A stretch of DNA of 8,729 nucleotides from Paraspadella gotoi (lineage: Eukaryota > Animalia > Chaetognatha): contig JBJCIZ010000344.1 of NCBI GenBank assembly GCA_051294375.1, forward strand, positions 1-8,729, written 5' to 3'. The notes beneath the pieces were generated by a model that was not told the origin of the DNA, searched no databases, and worked only from the letters and a program-made list of their open reading frames with translations. Position numbers and translations under genes: made by a program. Shown piece by piece: positions 1 through 7,310 of this stretch. The first letter of the stretch is position 1, and the number at the start of each line of letters is the position of its first letter.

Positions 1-129
1 GATTTGCGACTTACAGCTTATCAGAATTTTTAATTAGTTAATCATCTGTTAATCAATTATTACCGTTACTTACTGCTTAATCTCAATGATGAATTGTTTG
101 TTATTTATTGTTATTTTCGTGGGTTACTT

Positions 130-247
130 TTACTTTCGCCGACCGGGGTTAGGGAGGGGCTAGGGAGGGGTTAGGGTTAAGAGTGGTTTAAGGGTGATTT
201 AGGGTTAGGGGTGGTTAGGGTTAAGATGGTTTAGGGTTAAGGTAATT
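130..247 (+). repeat. Dispersed repeat (copy A) with degenerate telomere-like (TTAGGG) array
   Basis: Multiple TTAGGG/TTAAGG/CTAGGG units. It is the reverse complement of 6312-6436, including the non-repetitive end TTACTTTCGCCGACCGGGGTTA vs TAACCCTGGCCAGCGAAAGTAA and the internal GTGGTTTAAGGGTGATTTAGGGTTA. Confidence 0.85.
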
Positions 248-252
248 AGATA

Positions 253-375
253 ACAGACAGACGGTCGGACGGACATCATTTCTTTGGCATAATTTATCAT
301 AATTCGATGTTCTAACATGATATAAGTGCATCGCAGAGATATCAAACTCAAGAAATGAAATCGGATCAACGACTC
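253..375. mobile_element. (GACA/GACG)n microsatellite and flank resembling a DINE-1/HINE-type non-autonomous Helentron fragment
   Basis: ACAGACAGACGGTCGGACGGAC at 253-274 plus AAATCGGATCA near 358-368. GTCY microsatellites are typical of DINE-1-like elements. Termini were not found, so the family assignment is an inference. Confidence 0.3.
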
Positions 376-1604
376 GAGTAAAATCAGCAAGAAATAGAAT
401 GGAACTCTCTCTTTGGCAGGAGACAAATGGCACCAGGCAATGACCAGATGGGCTTCCTTCCGCCGATGATTTTTACCCTAACCTCCGATCCGATGGAACT
501 GTATAAAAGAGCACTAAGTTTTGTATTGATTCATTCTGCCTGAAACATGTCCGATTTTTTTCATAAAAACTTTGTTGAGAAAACAAAAAACTTTTCTTAT
601 ATCAAATTCTGAAACTAACGAAAAAGAAAAATATACTATTTTACGAAGCAAATGTATTTTTATTTATTTATTAACCTCTAATTACAATTGCATGGATGGC
701 AATAAATAAAAATTTTCACACTTAATTTTATAAAAAAATTAATATAAATTGTTAATTTAAGATGCAAACGGTTAAAGCGGATTGAAAAAACTACTAAAAA
801 AACTACATTTAATGTCAGAGGTTTTCACAACACCACCCATATTTTTATAAAATAAGTCTGAGGTGACTTTAAATATCGAATTTTATTGACAATCACAAGA
901 AATATTATAAGGATTGAAAATTCTAATACTTCATTAACGTTATGAAATCTTTGATTCTAGAAATTGGCTGCTCTGACTCTAACTTTTCTTGGGCAAAGAG
1001 AAACAATAAATATTTTCAAATTTGCATTTACTTTTAAAAACATTGCAAACCATTTTAAATGTAAGATTCGCAGTCAATTGGGATGTGACTGAGGTTAGCT
1101 TTTTTAAATGCTCATTAGTCAATTTTTTCAAAATACTGTCAGAATAGATGTATAAATACAATATACAATAAATAAATACAATCTTGATTTAAAAAAGCTA
1201 ACTGATTTAATTAAGTTATTAACCAAAATTTGTGTGTCGTCCGTTCGCGAGTGATAACAAAACAATCTTTATTATACTTTAAATATTTCATAAATATAAT
1301 TCATAAGTATATCATTAGTTGGATAACTACTGGACGTTTTTTATGTGTCATTTTGTGTTTAATTCATTTACTATTCTATGGCGACGTTGGAAAAAGAGAC
1401 AATGTTTATAATAATATACATTTATTACAATGTAAAACGTGAGAAGAAAATATAACAATGAAGTTTATTCGAGTGAGAGTTTCGTCCGACGGTGTCGAGG
1501 AGAGAAAGAGAGAGAACATCGGTCGTATCAAGTGACCCAACGCAACGGGGACGAAAAGGTCGGTCGAATCGTTGGTCACAGTTGTCTTCGACCATCCTCC
1601 ACAA

Positions 1605-2216
1605 TAAGGCGTAGTGAAAGTTACATACGAAAATTCTAAAAGTCAATTATGAACAACATACCATCAGTGAACATTAATTTGTAAAAAAAATTAATTTTAT
1701 GTTTTTTAATTTTCGCAGTAGGCTATATTTATATATAGTACTATCCTTATAAAATCGAAAAATTTCAAAATAAGCTTATCTTAATTTTGATTGCAGATTT
1801 GAATTCCTCGTCAAAAGTTGATAAAAGAAAATATAAATCATTTTTAAAAATTCTTTCATTAAGTGGGTTAAAAATTAAGAAAACTATATTTAATATATAA
1901 AAAGTTAATTTTCAGCTTAAAATATAGCTTTTTTTAATTTTTGAGCCACTTAATGAAGGAATTTTTCAAAAAGAGTTATATTTCTTTTTATCAACTTTTT
2001 ATGACGAATCCAAATCTGCAAAAAAATCTTAGAAAAAACTGTTTTGAAATTTTAACATTTATTGATTTAGTACTAGTATAAATATGGCCTACTGCGTAAA
2101 TTTTAAAATTTATTATAAATTTTTTTATTACATAAATGTTCATTAATATAATGTTGTTCGTTCCTCACTTTTAGAATTTTAATTAAAGTTAAATTTAGAA
2201 ATTTTACTACGCCTTA
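1605..2216. mobile_element. 612-bp foldback MITE (non-autonomous DNA transposon, probably hAT-type) with ~290-bp TIRs and 8-bp TSD
   Basis: Termini TAAGGCGTAGTGAAA (1605) and TTTTACTACGCCTTA (2216). Exact TSD CTCCACAA at 1597-1604 and 2217-2224. Arms ~1605-1893 and ~1917-2216 are diverged reverse complements (CGCAGTAGGC/GCCTACTGCG, TTGCAGATTTG/CAAATCTGCAA, AAAAGTTGATAAAA/TTTTATCAACTTTT, TTCATTAAGTGG/CCACTTAATGAA). An 8-bp TSD with a YARNG terminus fits hAT. Confidence 0.92.
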
Positions 2217-2778
2217 CTCCACAATTCTATGTTTAATTTTTTATCTAACACAGTAAAATTAAAAAACTATTTTCGACGTATTCTTCATTGCATTAAAAAA
2301 AATTTTACACCATAAGAAATTCCTATTAATGGTCTAATCAATGGCATATCTGAAGATAATGTTTAAAAATTTTTGAGTAATGATTTTTTATTTTTATATT
2401 TGTAAATCTTAAGTTTTATTAGAAAACCTGAGGGGTATTGAAGGCGTGAAGAAATAGAGGGAAAATAATGGTATATTTCGCGAAGAGTAGAAACGAGAGA
2501 CAAAATATACTGAGGGGCAGGAGGAGGAGGAAAGAAGAAAAGAGGAGGAGAACTGGACGGCAGGCTAAATCCTCCTCTGGAAAATAATACTGTCCTGACC
2601 ATGTTCTTGACTGTCTTGAATAATTATTTTATATCGTAAGGATTCCCAGTTAATGTTTTACTTAATGGTGTAAATGAATTTCAATTATTTTAAGTAATTA
2701 ATGAGTAATTAGTTTATAATAATTTTCATTTTTTTTAATATTCATTTTTTTTTACGGAAGATAAAATGACCATTATGA

Positions 2779-2937
2779 AAAGGTCCGGGGTTCTTAGCCC
2801 GGTGGCCGCCTATCAGTTAAGAGGGACGGGGCCTTAACCACATGTAACACGGTGTTACAGCCTGACGAGCTCAGGGACTGCTTATATTGAACGGTTCCGT
2901 CACTAACTCATTACAATTATTACTGTCTCTTCAATAT
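2779..2937 (+). mobile_element. 5'-truncated copy of the tRNA-headed twister-containing SINE-like element
   Basis: Collinear with 6693-6855 over its whole length (AAAGGTCCGGGGTTCT..AGCCCGGTGG; CAGTTAAGAGGGACGGGGC; TGTAACACGGTGTTACA; GCTCAGGGACTGCTTA; GTCACTAAC; ACTGTC..TTCAATAT). It starts inside the tRNA-like head, at the variable loop. Confidence 0.85.
2814..2880 (+). ncRNA. Degenerate (probably inactive) type-P5 twister ribozyme
   Basis: Keeps P5 (CAGTT/GACTG), GA-CGG, TAA, P3 (TGTAACA/TGTTACA) and P4 (CCTGA/TCAGG). L4 is shortened to CGAGC (vs TCCGAAGC) and the T2 GC after P2 is lost. Confidence 0.65.
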
Positions 2938-3018
2938 AATAAACGTCCAGTACTTTGCTATAGTATGAGAGAAGAAAATTAAAAAAATATTCATCTAATT
3001 AGACATGGTACGCATTTT

Positions 3019-3129
3019 TGTGGTGTCACTCGCGAACGGTCACGGGACAATTCTTCACATGTTGTCATGAGCGTTGAGGATAGAATCTTTTGTCCGTGTC
3101 GGCTGATCCGAAAAGACAACGTCTTCACA
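3019..3129 (-). repeat. Putative short (111-bp) 3' LTR
   Basis: Starts TGTG one base after the PPT and ends CACA where the GC-rich island ends. There is no second LTR in the window to confirm it. Confidence 0.5.
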
Positions 3130-3136
3130 GCCTGCC

Positions 3137-3592
3137 CTAAAGATGACGTCCTGCAGTGGAGGACGACGAAACCCTTTGTCGGGTTGATGTTGTCGGATCC
3201 GCGATAGAGAGCTGTGTGGCTTCATCATCGACTGCAGGCTTGTGTTGCGTCGTTGTCCGCGGACGGGAGTTGGCAAAGTGGACAGCGAACAAAAGGTTTG
3301 AGGTGGCCGCGAAGTCGAGGCGGAAGAATTTGGCGCCGCGAGAGACAATCTTGAACGGGCCGTCGTAGATTTGAGCCAGAGGACCGCGATGGGCGTCGCG
3401 GGGGTCGAGTGCGAAACGGTAACTTTGGAGGCTGTCTGGTATCTTTTGGCATGTCCCGTCGACCGGTCGCTGGGCATCCATCTCGCGCCGCAGGGCTTGA
3501 AGCAGTGCATCGAGATCGGGCGGCAGCACGCCGTCCGGAACAAATTCGGCGGGTCGTTGAGAAGTCCCGTATCTTCCGTGCCACTTCTTCAT
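3137..3592 (-). pseudogene. pol: Decayed Gypsy pol fragment, integrase C-terminal GPY/F region
   Basis: YGTSQRPAEFV (cf. YGttLRLPGEF), LQALRREM, RDAHRGPLAQIYDGPFKIVSRGAKFFRLDF (GPY/F motif), then HKPA (cf. RLKPA) and TAGRHL (cf. TRSGR). The DDE core and RT are absent. Confidence 0.85.
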
Positions 3593-4622
3593 TCAAGGGC
3601 GTGACAATATGGTGATTAGACCCTGCCAGAAAATTTAAAGTTTTTGATATAGCTCCTCACTAATGACAATATTTTTTTATAATAATCCTCATTGGAAAAA
3701 ATTTACAGGAAATGCTGAAAAACCAGGACATTTCTTTCATATCTTAAATAGTATTAATGATATATGAAGGAAACCAGATTTAATCTTTTAAAGCGTCAAA
3801 AACTGTACATGTTTAGATATCTTACTTGATGAAATGGAGACTAAATATGGAATTATGGATGTCTTACATTTAATTTATATTTTATTTTTAAAAAAAATTT
3901 AAAAACTATTGTAGTTTCATATGCTAATCTTTATTCCTATGTTTGGAAAAAACAGTAAGAAACAAAAATGACAATAAATTTTGAAAATTTTTTTTTATTA
4001 ATTGCTATTATTTCTTACTATGTTAATTTATTTTTTTTGTTATGCGCTTGAAAGATAGGCTAAACCCAACAGAATCGGAATAATTGCATGACCACTGTAT
4101 ATTTATTTGACATACACAGTAAATACAGCAAAAATAAAAAAAATTCAAAAAAAATTATGACTAAGCGCCGCGTTTATTTTCAGTTGTGGCACCGCAACCT
4201 TCAAAGCTCGATCAAGAATCTCTCTCTTCAACTGGTTCAGTTATTCAACCACTTGTCCTCACGTGCCTTACTTTTTGTCCTATAAATAGTCATATTGTTA
4301 TTGTTATCGCTTTGTTACAGTTGGAGAATACAAATCATTCTCGATCTGAACCTTCGTCTCGTTAACATCTAATGCCACACAGTATTTTTTAATCAAGACC
4401 TTTATTAGGGGCCGGAGCATTTTTAGATTCGAGTGGGGAGGTACTTTTGAGTCACACATAGGCCAAAATATCTCACATATCTTGACGCACAATTAAAAGC
4501 GATTAAATTATTCTGCCTATTTTTATGCTATATTTTTTAAGAAATCAACCTGGTGGAACTTTTGAAAACCAAGCAATTAAATTGTTTAGAAAAAATATAG
4601 TGCATTTAATATTATAATTAGA

Positions 4623-4814
4623 GAGAATTAATAATCCTATTTTGAGTACAATATTAGTTCACTTTACAAAAACTGATTTAAAAATAGAAAACATGTCATT
4701 AAGATCGAAGAGGAGAATAATAATCCTTTTTTGAGGACAATATTAGTTCAATTTACAAAAACTGACTTAAAACGGGAAAGCGCCGCATTAAGATCGAAGA
4801 GGAGAATAATAATC
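4623..4814. repeat. Tandem duplication, 89-90-bp unit, ~2.1 copies
   Basis: GAGAAT(T)AATAATC starts at 4623, 4713 and 4802. Shared blocks ACAATATTAGTTCA, TTTACAAAAACTGA and CATTAAGATCGAAGAGGAGAATAATAATC. Confidence 0.9.
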
Positions 4815-4815
4815 G

Positions 4816-4955
4816 GCTAAATTTTACTTTAGTCTACCGCAGTTTTGGCGGCTTTTGAAAAACCACTTAAAAATACTTATTTTAAAAAAAATTTAAAAAA
4901 TATTACCTATCCCTAACCCTTTTAACCCTAACCACCCTTAACCCTAAACTATCAC
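4816..4955 (-). repeat. Dispersed repeat (copy B, partial) with degenerate CCCTAA array
   Basis: Collinear with 6229-6365: GCTAAATTTTACTTT, CTTTTGAAAAA, TTAAAAATACTTATTT, TTTTAACCyTAACCACCyTTAACCCTAAA. Confidence 0.85.
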
Positions 4956-5543
4956 AAATCGATTACTACATAAAATTAATTTTGTTAATTTAAAACTTAC
5001 CAAACTAATATAGCAAGGAAGACAGAAATGCTAATGAGAACGCCGAAGCAGACGCTATTGCGGAGACGGACAGTCAGGGTGACGAATAACTAAGTTGAGA
5101 ATAAACCTAAATTTAAAAAAGGGGCACAGTAACCAAGAAAATAACTTAGATGTGAGGGAATTTATGTAAATGGCAGAACAAAAAATATATTTACCTAGCG
5201 ATATACCAAAAAAAACGTAAGGGCTGAGATTAAAATGCAGTCATTGAAGGGGCGTGAAACATTTTTCTACGGCCTCACCTGAAAATGTGATTACATATAG
5301 AAATAAAATGCAAAAAATTTAAACTCAAAGGAAGTTAGTTATGCTTACCACGATCGATGCTGCAACAAGGTCCTAAAATGGAGAGGGTGACACGAAGACG
5401 ATGTAAAGTCTAAGACGATGTGATGACGGCAAAAAAAGCGCGTGAAATTTAGTTTTTATTCAATGGAAAATGATCTACCATGATGGAAAAAAAATTGTTA
5501 CCGTTTCTTAACTTAAATTTAATCTTAATTTATTCTTAACCTC

Positions 5544-5667
5544 ATGTTATTATTTTATAAAAATGATACAAGCTTTAAACCACTAGAACCTGTCCAAAAT
5601 TAAAGAAAAAATAATTTAGTTATTAGATGAAAAAATAATTTTTATATTAATTATAATAATTTTATAA
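5544..5667. repeat. Left arm of an old 124-bp inverted repeat pair (partner 7853-7976)
   Basis: Ungapped alignment to the reverse complement of 7853-7976, about three-quarters identical by hand count. Anchors ATGTTATTATTTT, CCTGTCCAAA, TTTTATATTA, AATTTTATAA. Confidence 0.75.
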
Positions 5668-6130
5668 TTATTACCTAATCATTAATATAAAAATAACTAT
5701 AAAGATATTAAAAAATTATAATATTTAAATTTTTTATTTTTTTAAAAATTATCTTTTAAACATTAATTTTTAAGAATTTTAGTTATTTTATTAGATTTAT
5801 AATAAAAAATTATTTTTAATAAATAAAAAAAATATTTTTTATATAAATTTTATTATTATTGCACAAAAGGGTAGAATGATAAAAAGATTGAACATTTTTT
5901 ACTGCTTATGGACATATAATTAATAAATTTTAAATACTTTAAAAAAATTTTAAACATAACAGTATAATAAATTAAATTATGTAATAATATCCAAATAAAA
6001 TCATATAATGTAAAAATAATTTTTTTTATATTTAAATTTTTTTTAATTGATTCTGATAGAGCTAAAAAAGTTAAGCAAAAATTATATTATAATTTTTTAA
6101 AATTTTAATATTTTAGTATTAAAATTTAAC

Positions 6131-6169
<39 letters not shown>
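6131..6169. repeat. (AAT)13 microsatellite
   Basis: Thirteen perfect AAT units. Confidence 0.97.
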
Positions 6170-6171
<2 letters not shown>

Positions 6172-6228
6172 TAATTTTTTTAAGTTTTTTCAATTTTAAC
6201 CCACTTATTATCAAAAGATTAAAAAAAA

Positions 6229-6436
6229 GCTAAATTTTACTTTTGCCAACCTCGGTTTTAACAACTTTTGAAAAATAATTTAAAAATACTTATTTGAAAA
6301 AAATATTATTAAATTACCCTAACCTTAAACATTTTTAACCTTAACCACCTTTAACCCTAAATCACCCTTAAACCACTTTTAACCCTAGCCTTTACCTAGT
6401 ACTTAACCTTTCCGTAACCCTGGCCAGCGAAAGTAA
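6229..6436 (-). repeat. Dispersed repeat (copy C, longest) with degenerate CCCTAA array
   Basis: Matches copy B directly (6229-6365) and copy A in inverted orientation (6312-6436). Confidence 0.85.
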
Positions 6437-6650
6437 CTTGAAAAAAGAATTATACTTAATAAAGACAACTTTTCATAAGTTATCTGAATCTAATATAAAA
6501 ATTTTTTTAAAAAATTTAACATTTTTTATCTATAAATAAATATTAAAAAATTAATTATTAATGCTTTTAACTATTTTAAAAAAAATTGGTCTAATGAAAG
6601 TTTTTTCAGAAATATATTATGGTGGACTAAAATCCACCAACCGTTCATCA

Positions 6651-6723
6651 GCGGCCATTGGTGCCGGAGGCAAGTCATTCGCCTCCCATCCCAAAGGTCC
6701 GGGGTTCTAGCCCGGTGGTCGTC
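6651..6723 (+). promoter_or_regulatory. tRNA-like head with internal Pol III A/B boxes (SINE head or pseudo-tRNA, not a functional tRNA)
   Basis: 73 nt. Acceptor stem GCGGCCA/TGGTCGT (the other copy has the perfect complement TGGCCGC at 2803-2809). A-box-like TGGTGCCGGAGG (6659-6670). B-box-like GGTTCTAGCC in the hairpin CCGGG/CCCGG. TTCGCCT-nnn-A...AAAGGTCC resembles the tRNA-Val framework, with CCC at the anticodon position. D and anticodon stems are broken. Confidence 0.75.
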
Positions 6724-6724
6724 T

Positions 6725-6800
6725 GGCAGTTAAGAGGGACGGGGCGCTTAACCCGCCTGTAACACGGTGTTACAACCTGATCCGAAGCTCAGGGACTGCT
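6725..6800 (+). ncRNA. Twister self-cleaving ribozyme, type-P5 permutation, vestigial P1
   Basis: P5 GGCAGTT(6725-31)/GACTGCT(6794-6800). P2 GAGG(6734-37)/CCC(6752-54, one bulge). Conserved GA (6738-39). T1 CGG(6740-42)/CCG(6782-84). UAA (6749-51), predicted cleavage U6749|A6750. T2 GC(6755-56)/GC(6787-88). P3 TGTAACA/TGTTACA (6758-74). P4 CCTGA/TCAGG closing L4 TCCGAAGC, which matches the twister UCCNAAGC loop. Confidence 0.85.
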
Positions 6801-6927
6801 TACTTTAAACAGTTCTGTCACTAACACATAACAAATATCACTGTCTTTTCAATATGAAGTTTTATTTGAAAAGGTTTTCAAATCAAACTTCAGATTTACT
6901 TCATTGATAAAGTTAATTACAAAAAAT

Positions 6928-7011
6928 AAAAAAATCTTAATTTTTTATTTCTCCCCCAAATATATAAAGTTAAAAAAAATTATTTTATAAAAATATTATT
7001 ACAAATATATT
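6928..7011. repeat. Direct repeat, left copy (84 bp; partner 7584-7665), candidate long target-site duplication
   Basis: AAAAAAATCTTAATTTTTTATTTCTCCCCCAAATAT...TTATTACAAATATATT. The two copies differ only by two 1-nt indels. Confidence 0.93.
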
Positions 7012-7097
7012 GATGCTTAATCCTTTCTTTTTCGTTGTTCATAGGTATTAGAGAGAAGCAAAGAATTTTGAATTTAACAACGATTTTTATTAGTAGT

Positions 7098-7138
7098 TGG
7101 ACATGTTTCGGCTTGCTTATTTCAAGCCTTCATCAGCA
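7098..7138 (-). ncRNA. Minimal type-I hammerhead ribozyme (Penelope-type)
   Basis: Minus strand TG-CTGATGA-A-GGCTTG-AAATAAG-CAAGCC-GAAA-CATGTC^CA. Intact core, perfect 6-bp stem II, palindromic ACATGT stem III, GUC cleavage triplet (cut between 7100 and 7099). Stem I has only 2 bp. Confidence 0.88.
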
Positions 7139-7178
7139 TATGACATTCAATAATAAATTTTGTGCAAAAGAAGAATGT

Positions 7179-7198
7179 GAGAGAGAGAGAGAGAGAGA
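7179..7198. repeat. (GA)10 microsatellite
   Basis: Perfect GA run. Confidence 0.95.
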
Positions 7199-7310
7199 GG
7201 GTAAAAGTTTTTCCAACAAAGTGGTGAGACAGAATAGTGGTCAGATGTTGAGGACAGGTTGAAGGTGAGGACAGATTGAGTGAGTTGTGAAAAGAAGTGA
7301 AACTTGTTAA

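Larger units (their letters stand above)
3019..3606 (-). mobile_element. 3' remnant of a Ty3/Gypsy LTR retrotransposon (CsRn1/Kabuki-like): integrase C-terminus, PPT and short 3' LTR
   Basis: Sharp GC-rich island in an AT-rich background. The minus strand encodes a GPY/F module, followed by a purine tract AGGGCAGG (3138-3131) and then TGTG (3129)...CACA (3019). Confidence 0.8.
6651..6855 (+). mobile_element. tRNA-derived SINE-like element carrying an internal twister ribozyme (most complete copy)
   Basis: tRNA-like head (6651-6723), twister fold (6725-6800) and a ~55-nt AT-rich 3' tail shared with 2779-2937. It is a GC-rich island. No TSD was identified. Confidence 0.8.

Noticed and set aside
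130-247. True telomere or chromosome end
   Set aside because: Units are degenerate, short and internal, and are shared with two other dispersed copies.
520-555. GAAACATGTCC identical to the 3' half of the hammerhead at 7098-7138
   Set aside because: No CTGANGA or stem II upstream. Chance match or unrecognisable relic.
2862-2875. CTGACGAG resembling a hammerhead CUGANGA core
   Set aside because: No downstream stem II-GAAA-NUH. It arises from deletion in the twister L4 loop (CCTGATCCGAAGC in the other copy).
3024-3606. TGTCAC...GTGACA as termini of a solo LTR
   Set aside because: The interior encodes integrase C-terminal sequence and there is no TSD. The PPT places the LTR start at 3129.
3055-3615. 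Overlapping ORFs 3055-3543, 3156-3368, 3225-3596, 3371-3604 and 3409-3615 as separate genes
   Set aside because: Alternative frames of a GC-rich retrotransposon remnant. Only the 3137-3592 frame has recognisable motifs.
3700-4492. Possible host exons (AG acceptors near 4183 and 4320; ORFs 4088-4285 and 4304-4492)
   Set aside because: No recognisable protein motif, no consistent donor/acceptor chain, and early stops. It cannot be supported without RNA-seq or homology.
4623-4814. CRISPR-like array
   Set aside because: The whole 90-bp unit is duplicated with no unique spacers, and the context is eukaryotic with no cas genes.
6596-6655. Minus-strand CTGATGA...GAAA around the 6620-6639 hairpin as a possible hammerhead
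   Set aside because: Stem II does not close next to the core and stem I cannot pair.
6651-6723. Functional tRNA-Gly(CCC) gene
   Set aside because: Anticodon and D stems are mispaired, the T-loop is non-canonical, and it is fused to a repeated body. Better explained as a SINE head.
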